This document shows positions 42,938 to 64,000 of a stretch of DNA of 64,000 bases, piece after piece. The position numbers and the translations under genes were made by a program. Under the pieces are notes generated by a model, which did not search any database, was not told the DNA's origin, and worked only from the letters and a program-made list of their open reading frames with translations. Source of the stretch: Macrostomum lignano (lineage: Eukaryota); NCBI GenBank assembly GCA_002269645.1, contig NIVC01000996.1, forward strand, positions 186,001 to 250,000. The letters are read 5' to 3'. Numbering within the stretch: position 1 is the first letter of the stretch; each line of letters opens with the position of its first letter.

Positions 42938-43869
42938 TATTTAATAGTAGAACCGGGTTATGACCTGTCTATAATATATCTATGTATATTTAGTTCACTG
43001 TGTCGTTTAAGTTCGCAAATCAGTAAATGACTGCTGTGAAGTTGAGTTCACAAACTGTCTCGACGAAAACGGCGACCCCGCGCCGCGGGTAGTCAAAATG
43101 ATAACGGCAGTTGAAGCATGCCTATCAGATTTGTAGAAGCCGCGGTAGATTTTAGACTTCAAATCGTGAGAAAACGGCCATGTTTAGATAGCTTATCAAA
43201 AAACACTCGCGACTTAATTAATAAACTTATAAATATCAATAGTATGGCGGTGTATTCCGAACAAGCAATTTTTCAACTCGTCTGTCAAAACCAAATCAGC
43301 AAAAATATCTGTCATGTAAGTGCGAACTGTTGCTATGCGTTTGTCGTCTAATAAAGGTCTTGAAGGCTCTCTTAAAGTAAGAGATCTGCAAATCAATGAC
43401 GATATATGTACCGTTTATTCTTCTTAAGTAGTCCTTGTTGAGAGTTTTATCAAGATGGCTTCTATACATGTCTCTGCGTATACTCGTATTCTACGGCAGC
43501 AATATATTTAAAATGACATTTGCTTTGGTTCGTTTGAGCTCCCGTTTTCGGAGTCCATCATATCTCCATCTTCCACTCATGGCTTTTGCCATCTATACGG
43601 CTCGTACATAGACAACTAAACATACATACCGGTACATATAGACAGGCTAAATTTTAATCTTTTAGTCTTTGTAGCTTCGCTTTTATTTTCTAATAATTTC
43701 ATTTAGTTACGAGAGTTATCATTTGTAGAAAACGCATTTAATATTTTAGTACGATTACGATTTCGATAGGTTTCTATAAAAAATGAAACGTATCTTTTTG
43801 ATGTGCTCGATAATGTTTAACATTTAGAACTATCAACATCTAAGCAACATGTAATTGCATCCAAATACG

Positions 43870-44926
43870 ATGTCAGTAGGTCATATATTGAGAACATTGT
43901 CACAGGGACCACCAATACATGAAAGCATACAAAATAACGGTAGGCACCTGTCTTTCAGGAATTCATCCAGTATAACCGCGCTGATTGTTCTGCTCTGCAT
44001 CGCTGCCAGCCACCAGCAGCTTCCCAGTCTACCGGAAGAGTTCTTCCGCTGCATCTGCCTGATCGAGTCCGACTGCAACAACAACATCGGCTGCGCTCCC
44101 GACACCGACAATTTGCTGGCCTGCGGTCCCTACCAGATTAAGAACGCCTTCTGGATCGACGCGTCACAGTTTGCTGGCCGAAACCTCGGCGGAAGTGAGT
44201 TCCTGTATGTAGCTACAAAGGGGGGTTGCAGTCTGGTGGTCAGAGCGTTGGACTCACGACTTAAAGGTCGGGGGTTCGATTCTTGATCCCACTGAAACAA
44301 TTTGTGTCCTTGAGCAAGACACTTAACTCTGCATTGATTCAGTTCACCCAGCTGTTAAAATGGGTGCCAGCTAATGGGTAATTGAGGGTGTGTGTGGCGA
44401 CCCCCAGTCCTTGGACTGAACAGCCGTACGCAGCCTTCAGATGCGCCGCGCAATAGCTGCGGCTGAGCTGTTGGTTGCACATCTGGCCTAATTGGGGCAG
44501 GTGTAATCAGTTTTATTACTATGAAAAACGTTTTCGTTGAATGACGTCACTACAGATGCTCACCATCTAATATAAGTCTACTATAGGAATTTTATAAAAT
44601 CTTGGGTTTGATTGGTTAGCCAAAATAACAAATGATTCCAGGCTGGCTGGAGTGCACCACCGGTAGAAACAACCAGGCTTGCTCACGCGAGACTATGCTC
44701 TACTATTTTGCTAGATACGGCAGGTACTGCACTAACAATAGGCCGCCGACTCTTCAGGTGAGATGCCAATCTAAATAGCGTTTATTATTGTGATGAATAC
44801 ACCTGCCTATACTCATTCGTTGAATAGGATTACGCCAGGATTCACAACGGGGGACCGTTGGGCTGCAGGCACCATTACACTGCTGGCTATTGGGACAAGG
44901 TGCGCACCTGCCTCGAGCCTCGTTAA
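43870..44926 (+). CDS. i-type (invertebrate) lysozyme / destabilase; exons (43870 or 43959)-44194, 44642-44757, 44828-44926
   Basis: Signal-like LIVLLCIAA, then CICLIES..GC..D..CGPYQIK..FWIDA / WLEC..ACS..Y..RYG / DYARIHNGGPLGC..YW.KV..CL. Junction phases 1 and 0 are consistent. The true start codon is uncertain. Confidence 0.92.
44221..44520 (+). mobile_element. CORE-type SINE, copy 3, in the lysozyme intron
   Basis: Highly similar to copy 1; starts 26 nt after the GTGAGT donor at 44195. Confidence 0.88.
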
Positions 44927-45723
44927 TTACCACAGAACTAATCGATTCAAAAAAATCTTTGTGTCGGAGTAATGCTGTGTCTGAAGTGAACTCGATGATA
45001 ATTGCAAATAAACGAGGATTCCAATTTTAATTTGGAAAATCGGTCAATATTCAAACTTTAATGTTTTGTCGAGTTGTAGACAGCAATTTCCTCCCAGCAT
45101 CTATACTTTTACCAGCATCGAATTGTTGTAGTAACTAACTAAAATTCTCACATAACTAAAACAAAATTAATCTATGTACTTAGATACGTTTTGTTTAACT
45201 GAGCTGAGATGCCCCATATTGCATGTGCATGCAGTTGAATCAGGGCTCAGTGATTTCGGTTCTGGTTTCAGTGAAATAAGCCTGCAATATTTTAGAAGCA
45301 TTTTAGGAGCTGCAAAAAGTGAGTCTACAAAAACTTTATAAGAAATGATTTGCCCCTTGAAACGGAAGTCTCGTCGTCCTGGTTCTCCAGATGAAACTTA
45401 GCGCCCCACCACCAAAATTATATTTATGAGTATGCATTTTGATTAGAGTCATATCAGAAAATAAAAAGGAAAATTCGAGAGAGCTATCACGTTTTATCAG
45501 ATCTTAAATAAAATTATTAGTTTTAATAACTTTACAGTCTATCTGAATAAAGCAATATAGCATTGGCCGAAAATTATAACAAAATTTGATATATACGAGC
45601 GTACTTTTACCGATGAAAATACGTGTGCATTAACTTGAAACTTGCACGAAAAAAGTTAAACAAAATTGTCGAACGAATGGGTTTGCATCGACATCAAATG
45701 TGCCATGGCATCGCTAACGCATT

Positions 45724-54906
<9,183 letters not shown>

Positions 54907-55777
54907 TTCTCGATTGTTTCAGTTTGTTAAGTCGCTAATCTCCGCGTCAGACAGACCACAGAGCTGACAAACTGAATTCTCTCAGTGGTGGTTTAAGCTG
55001 GCTGTTTGACAATAGGGCGGCTGCTGCGGGTTATACAGCTCAACACCCATCACAGTCCAAGTCGAATCTCTGAGCAGTCCTCTCTCTGAGAAGAAAACCA
55101 ACTAACTAAAAGAAGACGAGATTAAAATGAAGCAGAGAGAGAGAGAGGGAGAGAGAAAAGAAGCGCTCTCTTCAAATGGATTCTGTCTGCGTACATAGCT
55201 AGAAAGGCCATTGTGCTCGTGAGACTATACATTTTCATAGAGTGAGTAAACACGCAGAACAGTTCAACAGAACTATAGAGTTTTCCTCAGCATGACTCCG
55301 AGTGAGAGAATGACGCTGACACAGTACAGAAAAATGTTGCTTCAATGTTTTTAGACGGCAAATGTCTATACATATACAAAGAACTCTGTTACAAAGATGA
55401 TAATACAAGTTTTCGTTATTATCGTCAAATATGTGAAATATACTGAAATTCTAGATCCTTGGACAAGCTGTTGTACATGCAGTTATCTACTAATTTGTTG
55501 ACAAAATCAACTTTCGAAATAAACTAGCAATCTAGAGCTTCCTATAGGGGCGGCCAATAAGCAAGGAGCAAAGTTTATATATGCAAATCCATTAAAAAGC
55601 TCATTTTCTTGAGAACCAATTCCTTCTTCAGTTTTATAAGTCACCTTATTCGAGAAAAATTGTCACGGACAATGGTGTTTGCTGAATCTCTTTTTTTAAA
55701 GTAACAAAAGGACAATAAAATGAAGCCTTCACAAAGATAGCAGGCATTCCCCTTAAATACTTTGTAGAAAGCATGCA

Positions 55778-56671
55778 TCCCCCAGACAGCAAGCATCCCC
55801 CAGACAGCAAGCATCTCCCTAAATAGCAAGCACCCCCAGATAGCAAGCACCCCCAGATAGCAAGCATCCCAGATAGCAAGCACCCCCAGATAGCAAGATC
55901 CCCCAGATAGCAAGCATCCCCAGATTGCAAGCATCCCCAGATAGCAAGCATCCCCCAGATAGCAAGCATCCCCAGATTGCAAGCATCCCCAGATAGCAAG
56001 CATCCCCCAGATAGCAAGCACCCCCAGATAGCAAGCATCCCTCCAGATAGCAAGCATCCCCCAGATAGCAAGCATCCCCAGATTGCAAGCATCCCCAGAT
56101 AGCAAGCATCCCCCAGATAGCAAGCACCCCCAGATAGCAAGCATCCCTCCAGATAGCAAGCATCCCCCAGATAGCAAGCATCCCCCAGATAGCAAGCATC
56201 CCCCTAAATAGCAAGCATGCCCAGATTGCAAGCATCCCTCCAGATAGCAAGCATCTCCCTAAATAGCAAGCATGCCCAGATTGCAAGCATCCCCCGGATA
56301 GCAAGCATCCCCCAGATAGCAAGCATCCCCCAGATAGCAAGCATCCCCCAGATAGCAAGCATTCCCCAGATAGCAAGCATCCCCCAGATAGCAAGCATCC
56401 CCCCAGATAGCAAACATCCCCAGACCAGATAGCAAGCATCCCCCAGATAGCAAGCATCCCCCAGATAGCAAGCATCCCCCAGATAGCAAGCATCCCCCAG
56501 ATAGCAAGCATCCCCCAGATAGCAAGCATCCCCCAGATAGCAAGCATCCCCCCAGATAGCAAACATCCCCAGACCAGATAGCAAACATCCCCCAGATAGC
56601 AAGCACCCCCAGATAGCAAGCATCCCCCAGATAGCAAGCATCCCCCCAGATAGCAAACATCCCCAGATAGC
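55778..56671. repeat. 18/19-bp (CCCCAGATAGCAAGCATC)n array, upstream of iGluR
   Basis: Direct reading. Confidence 0.95.
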
Positions 56672-57533
56672 AGGCTCATAGTCAAATGCTTTCGTAGCAC
56701 GCACTATAACTCCTATGGCGAAGTCCTTTGTCTTATGGCAAAATCCAAATGAAGAAAAGCAAATTTTTGTGAAAGCTGTACGATTAAAGTTCAAAACTAC
56801 TAATAGTAGTTTGATGGAACACTCACTTTACACCAAAAATGCTTTCATTACTCGAATTGAACTTTCTTCTACGAGCTAAAAGCAGAACTTAATTGATTGT
56901 CCATTGTCCCACAACTCGACAATTTTCATACGGAAGACTCCGAGCTCTCCTTCGATTAAATAATCCAGCTCAAGCAATTGGAAATGGAATTACACGACCT
57001 CATTGCCCTCTGATATTGCTGGCTGATAAGAGGCGTAGAGATCAAGAATCCGACATGACGCACGGGCTCGCGCAAATCAAATCCGGACTAATTAATTTGC
57101 TCAGCTAGGAGATTTTTTCTTTCTACCTCAGCAACCACCCAACGGTGCGGTCCGTCCGACTCTTTGATCTCTGCGGCAGAGGGTATAGGAGAAGGAATTA
57201 ACAGGGGAGGGGGTTAGACGGAGAAAAAGCTGGCCTCAATATGAATTATTCTGCCCAGTTGCGCTAATCCCGTACAACTGGCTCATAAAACTTGGCGGAT
57301 ATTTTCCACTCTAAGCTCAGCGACTCTCGATAGGCTATCCATTGAGTAGCAATCAAATTTGATTTCAACCATCAAACTTATTATTGGCGAGAATAAATAA
57401 TCACCCACCTGCCATATGTGAGGAGACAAAATCTACATAGGCAGTTCCGATTCCCCATCAATATTATCCATCTAAATTTCTCAGTCTTTAGAGAAGCCGC
57501 AAGTCAGAAGATAAATATATAATTTGAGAAATA

Positions 57534-57947
<414 letters not shown>

Positions 57948-58325
57948 CGTAGACGGGCAGCATAGGAGTGGGTGATACGGAATCGCCATTAAAGAAGAAA
58001 AATGTGTACGCAAACAGAGATAAAGGCCAGCTCACGGGGAACTTGTTAGTACGCTCGTACGATCCAATCGGAAGAAAGCAGTTATTGAGCAAATTCTGAC
58101 CAATTGCAAGACTCTCCAACTGACATATACAGAACGATTGCTTCTAGAAAGCTTCTATTCTCCAAAGCGGAAACGTCTGAGAGCTCCGAACACCCTCGTT
58201 TTAAAGCCGCTGAAATGAAAACGTCAAACTACCGATTTTTGCAATGATACAAGTACATTAGGTTTGAAACTAATCAAACAATTTGATAATTCTTGTGAAC
58301 GAAGACGCTGTTCAAAAAAACCAGC

Positions 58326-58622
58326 ATGAACTCCGAGCACCGGCGAGAAATGCTGGAGAAGCTGTTAGTCTATGGCCCGAACCAGACTTGGGCCCGCAAC
58401 GTCAGCGCGGCGGTAAGTTCGACGCTAGTCAACAATACTCTGGCTGGAACTCTGTCCGCGGCTAATGACACGAACAGTTGGATGCGCCCTGTGCTGTTTC
58501 AAGCTCGATATAACACACTGCACATTGTGGTTACTAGCGTCATCCTGGCTGTTATCATTCTCTGCACGATTATTGGAAACGTATTCGTGGTGGCAGCTAT
58601 CATATTGGAGAAAAATCTTCAG
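58326..58622 (+). CDS. First coding exon of an aminergic GPCR, 5-HT1-like (rest lies beyond the window or was not found)
   Basis: N-glycosylation sequons in the N-terminus, then TM1 VILAVIILCTIIGNVFVVAAIILEKNLQ, typical of invertebrate 5-HT1 receptors; donor CAG|GTAAGA at 58623. Confidence 0.8.
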
Positions 58623-58633
58623 GTAAGACTGTA

Positions 58634-59520
58634 GCTTGTGTCTTCAATTTGACGATTGTGTCTTCAATTTGACGATTGTGTCTTCAAGTTGACGATTGTG
58701 TCTTCAATTTGACGATTGTGTCTTCAATTTGACGATTGTGTCTTCAAGTTGACGATTGTGTCTTCAATTTGACGATTGTGTCTTCAAGTTGACGATTGTG
58801 TCTTCAATTTGACGATTGTGTCTTCAAGTTGACGATTGTGTCTTCAATTTGACGATTGTGTCTTCAAGTTGACGATTGTGTCTTCAAGTTGACGATTGTG
58901 TCTTCAATTTGACGATTGTGTCTTCAATTTGACGATTGTGTCTTCAATTTGACGATTGTGTCTTCAATTTGACGATTGTGTCTTCAATTTGACGATTGTG
59001 TCTTCAAGTAGACGATTGTGTCTTCAAGTTGACGATTGTGTCTTCAATTTGACGATTGTGTCTTCAATTTGACGATTGTGTCTTCAATTTGACGATTGTG
59101 TCTTCAATTTGACGATTGTGTCTTCAATTTGACGATTGTGTCTTCAATTTGACGATTGTGTCTTCAATTTGACGATTGTGTCTTCAATTTGACGATTGTG
59201 TCTTCAATTTGACGATTGTGTCTTCAATTTGACGATTGTGTCTTCAAGTTGACGATTGTGTCTTCAAGTTGACGATTGTGTCTTCAAGTTGATGATTGTG
59301 TCTTCAAGTTGATGATTGTGTCTTCAAGTTGATGATTGTGTCTTCAAGTTGATGATTGTGTCTTCAAGTTGATGATTGTGTCTTCAAGTTGATGATTGTC
59401 TCTCTAATTTGAAGGTTGTGTCTTCAAGTTGACGATTGTTTCTTCAATTTAACGATTGTGTCTTTAAGTTGACGATTGTGCCTTCAATTTGACGATTGTG
59501 TCTTTAAGTAGACGACTGTG
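58634..59520. repeat. 20-bp (TGTGTCTTCAATTTGACGAT)n array starting 11 nt into the GPCR intron
   Basis: Direct reading. Confidence 0.96.
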
Positions 59521-60129
59521 TGTAACCACTATTCAACTTGTGTAACTAACCATTAACCTTCACTATGATTGTGCCTTCAAATAGATGATTGTGTCTTAAA
59601 CACGTAGCCTTAATATATAGCATTAGCTCAAGCAAAAGACTTTCATAGCAACCTCGATTTGTTTGGGAAATTATTTATTAATAGAATCAAGAGAGCTTAA
59701 ATCGAACTTTTATTTACACAACTAAAGTCCTCTAACATGGGAAGTTAGTCACTCCCTCGAACGCGCACTTGGTTCACTCACTACTGAGAAATGAACAGTC
59801 AGTTCGCGAGGTAGATGGCATCAATCATTGGAGAAACGCTGGGTCAGCTTTTATACCGCCACTGCAGCGACGCAAAACTGTCGACAATTTTTGGTTGACT
59901 GACTAACGGACTTGACTGACTGACTTGACTTTTCTGTACACGTGCAGGCTATTGATAATAATTATGAATTAACGTCCTCTGTCTCAGGATAATTTAGCGA
60001 CCATAGTGATACTCGCATCAGTGTGAACTTTACAAGGTTATAATAAATATTTTAAACTTTTTGTTCTTTATCTATGTAACCCTTCCTATATCACTCTCTT
60101 CAATCTTTCGGCAATATTGCCTCTCCCCC

Positions 60130-60280
60130 TTTGTGTCTGATCTATCTCCAATTGTGTCTGATCTATCTCCAATTGTGTCTCCCCCTTTGTGTCTGATCTA
60201 TCTCCAACTGTGTCTGATCTATCTCCAATTGTGTCTGGTCTATCTCCAATTGTGTCTGATCCATCTACACTTGTGTCTCA
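60130..60280. repeat. 21-bp (TTGTGTCTGATCTATCTCCAA)n array
   Basis: Direct reading. Confidence 0.88.
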
Positions 60281-60804
60281 TCTTTTTTGTTCATTTAATG
60301 CTTCTCTATTCGACAAATCTGTTGAATGTCTCAAGTGGCTCCTAGGGAGAGAGTCTGATTAGCAAAATTAATCGCACCCAGACGAAAAGTTTGAATGAGT
60401 TATACTTTGGCCCTAATTAATTCTCTCATTAGTGTCGCCGGCAGCTAGCGCATCTGCATTTCAGACTTTGATAATTGCGCTCAGATACGCGAATAATGTT
60501 CAACGCATCCCGGTTAGGCATTGGCATTGGGCGATGCGGCCCAGGGTAATAATAATAAAATGCCCACCCCCTACCCACGTTCTGAGCTTGTTCTTTGTTA
60601 TAAGGCTCTACAAGCTTTGTTGTCCCTTGACACGCACCATGCAGGTGTTCAAAGCACATGATTGTCTCTACTGACTTCAGATAAAATCCATTTTTTAATA
60701 TTGGGCAATCGTTGCAGACTTGGCCTTGATTAAGTGTTTTAAGATACATATCGCCAAGTTGACTAGCTCGGCTTTTTGAAACCAGAGACATGGTCAAACG
60801 CCTA

Positions 60805-61152
60805 GAATCGAACCTGGGTCGCCACATTAGGATCCCGGGTCGTCTCACCAGGGAATCGAACCCGGGTCGTCACACCAGGGAATCGAACCCGGGTCGCCAC
60901 ACCAGGGAATCGAACCCGGGTCGTCACACTAGCCTAGGGAATCTCACCAGGAATCGAACCCGGGTCGTCACAACAGGGAATCGAACTTGGGTCATTACAC
61001 TAAGAATCGAACCCGGGTCGTCACACTAGGGAATCGAACCCGGGTCGTCACACCAGGAATCGAACCCGGGTCGTCACACCAGGGAATCGAACTTGGGTCA
61101 TTACATTAAGAATCGAACCCGGGTCGTCACACCAGGAATCGAACCCGGGTCG
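60805..61152. repeat. 26/27-bp array whose unit is a tRNA T-arm/B-box (GGGTTCGATTCC on minus strand), 12 copies
   Basis: Unit GGGAATCGAACCCGGGTCGTCACACCA; AATCGAAC occurs 12 times. Confidence 0.9.
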
Positions 61153-61498
61153 TGCTTATCTCCAGCTCAAGTTAGAGTTTGTTATCGAAGCAGGGTGAAG
61201 TTACTCGAGGCTGAAGATTATAAGAGCGCAGGGGTCGCACAAAACCCATTTTAGGAAAATGCCCCGAAATATGGCCTTTCTCCCCGCTGGGTTAGGGATC
61301 TCCAGAATTAACAGGGCCCTCATTTTCCTCGGAAAGAGCCGGATTAGAAGTGGATGAGTGGGCGGATGATCTCCACTCTCGCGTCTCCAGGTTTTGATCT
61401 ATTCTAGGCATCATTTTTTTACTGGAAAATCTTACTTGAAAGACGGGGCGAGCTTAATAAACAACTAATGACACTCACTACGCGTATTAGGGCTGCCC

Positions 61499-61540
<42 letters not shown>

Positions 61541-61929
61541 CCTTCATTTCGATCCAAGAACTTTTTCTATCAAAAAATACACCGCCGCATCAAAATAAAG
61601 TACTTTACAGCTAAGCAAGCCGCCCCCCAGGCTGAGTCACGCAGAGCAAACATGGGAGACCGCGGGTAATTAACTTGACTTATCTGATTATCAAGTTTAA
61701 ATAAAATGAGAGGAAAAAACTGTGACCCAACAAGATCTTGGACAAATTAGCACTCTGAGGGTAACTGGCTTGTATTGAAGGAATATTGACTGCAAACAGC
61801 ACACTGCCTGGTGCAGAGGAACTGGGTTCAGTACCCGCTTCAGCCTCTACATTGCACCCTCAGCTAGGAATTGTTTATTTTTCTGTTAGACTCTGAACTC
61901 GACAGCCCAGTAATTATCGCCACTTTAAG

Positions 61930-62250
61930 TAGCGCCACATCAAACGGCGCCAACCCTATTAGTGCCACATTAAACGGAGCCAAACCTATTAGCGCCACAT
62001 CAAACGGCGCCAAACCTATTAGCGCCACATCAAACGGTGCCAAACCTATTAGCCACATCAAACGGCGCCAAACCTATTAGCGCCACATTAAACGGCTCCA
62101 AACCTAGTAGCGCCACATTAAACTGTGCCAACCCAATTAGCGCCACATCAAACGGCGCCAACCCTATTAGCGCCACGTCAAATAGCGCCAAACCTATTAG
62201 CGCCACATAAAACGGCGCCAACCCTATTAGCGCCACATTAAACGGTGCTA
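61930..62250. repeat. 30-bp (AGCGCCACATCAAACGGCGCCAAACCTATT)n array
   Basis: Direct reading. Confidence 0.92.
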
Positions 62251-63321
62251 GTCAAAAAAATCGAGGCAGCACTCAAAATTCGGCGCCATTCTAAATAGCG
62301 CCATTGCGCCAACCCTCAAACATGGTTTAGAGTTGCTAGCTAGAAAGCCTGCGCTCGTAGAAAACGCATAAGACTCCGGCTTGATAGGCTCGGATTAGTG
62401 GAAAACCCATTTCGCATTAATAATTCAATAGCTAGAGCATTCAACCCAGCCCTTATAGCTTTGCTAGCTAGAAAGTCAAGTTGAATTCAATTTTCACCAT
62501 CCGGTCTGGAATAAACTTCACGGATCAGTCATAAACTTCTACTCAATAATGCAAATTGTAAAACTTGCAACTTTCGTCTCTCTATGCAGGTTTGCGTGAT
62601 GCAAGCTTTTTGGTTTGGGTTTAGTCTAAATTTACAATCTGCAAGTCCATGTGAGACACAAGGACGACTTAAGAAGGACGGGAAAGCTCGTTTCTTAGGA
62701 AATTTTAGAAGGCAGGCTTTTGCCGAAAAAAATACACTACGGAGATAGGAAGTTTTCATTTTTTCAGCACAAAAATTGTTATTGCTTTTGATAGGAGGCA
62801 GATTCAGTGTTCATCTTTTGATATGTTGTGCCTTTCTTATTGCTCTATCGATATTTATGAAGCTTTTCGTTCAAAAAATAAGAATTATATGTTCAAATAG
62901 AATAAAACATTAACACAGAATCCTAATTTTTTAAACAAAAAGCTTTATGAAGGCACCACAACCTCCTGCTAAATGAATGGAACCAAGGATTTATTGCTGA
63001 CCTTCTTTGTCATGCCCCCTTTATTACTCGTAATAACTCGTTATTACTCGTAATAACACAGCTGACTCTAGGTTCGCCCCCCCCCCAATGTCGTCAAAGC
63101 ACCTCCTTTCTATGCAACTTCAAGTACTGATCCAATTGAGTCTCATTGGTTAACCAATGCTTGGCAATGCAACACGATAGCATTGACAGGAAAATTATTT
63201 GGGATTTTGTGCTTGTCAATCAAATACTAAATCAATTTCAATACTGATACTGCTGCATTTATTGATTGATTGTTTGATTGATCCTTCTAATTGGCAGTTA
63301 AAGTTGCAACATTGTTTTATC

Positions 63322-64000
63322 TCCCCTGAGATTGCCCCCTGAGATTGTCCCCTGAGATTCTCCCCTGAGATTCTCCCTGAGATTCTCCCCTGAGATTCTC
63401 CCTAAGATTCCCCCCCTGCACGAGGTTCTCCCCTGAGATTCTCCCTGTGATTCTCCTTGAGATTCTCCCAGAAAATTCTCCCCTGAGATTCTCCCCTGAG
63501 ATTCTCCCCTGAGATTCTCCCTGTGATTCTCCTTGAGATTCTCCCCAGAAAATTCTCCCCTGAGATTCTCCCCAGGAGATTCTCCCCCGAGATTCTCCCC
63601 TGAGATTCTCCCTGAGATTCTCCACTGAGATTCTCCCTAAGATTCCCCCCCCCTGCACGAGGTTCTCCCCTGAGATTCTCCCCTGTGATTCTCCTTGAGA
63701 TTCTCCCCAGAAAATTCTCCCCTGAGATTCTCCCCGTGAGATTCTCCCCCGAGATTCTCCCCTGAGATTCTCCCTGAGATTCTCCCCTGAGATTCTCCCT
63801 AAGATTCCCCCCCTGCAGGAGGTTCTCCCCTGAGATTCTCTTTGAGATTCTCCCCAGAAAATTCTCCCCTGAGATTCTCCCCAGGAGATTCTCCTCTGAG
63901 ATTCTACTTGAGATTCTACTTAAGATTCTCCCCTGAGATTCTCCCCTGAGTTTCTCCCCTGAGATTCTCCCTAAGATTCTCCCCTGCACGAGGTTCTCCC
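63322..64000. repeat. 12/13-bp (CCCCTGAGATTCT)n array with higher-order blocks, runs off the window
   Basis: Direct reading. Confidence 0.93.

Overview
Animal genomic DNA, not prokaryotic. GC-rich polyQ/polyA coding exons, short GT-AG introns and a private minisatellite in most long introns suggest a Macrostomum-like flatworm (inference). By hand-splicing I reconstructed, on the minus strand: a 2-exon orphan class A GPCR; a complete 5-exon tailless/TLX nuclear receptor; an 18-exon, about 997-aa polytopic membrane protein that resembles plant NO EXINE FORMATION 1 (NEF1) and is largely invisible in the ORF track; a secreted acidic protein; a kelch-repeat protein; and an 11-exon divergent ionotropic glutamate receptor with a 1-bp frameshift before M4. 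On the plus strand: a 3-exon i-type lysozyme/destabilase, the first exon of a 5-HT1-like GPCR, and tRNA-Gly(GCC). Mobile DNA: three CORE-type tRNA SINEs plus a tail fragment, hAT-type MITEs (one inside a 57-bp satellite and itself carrying a nested MITE), a decayed RT-RNase H LINE, two TSD-flanked retroposon fragments and two Helitron-like ends. There are about 28 distinct tandem arrays and no CRISPR. The best candidate for undescribed biology is the intron-rich animal NEF1-like gene. All family assignments rest on motif recognition and recalled sequences; no database search was run.
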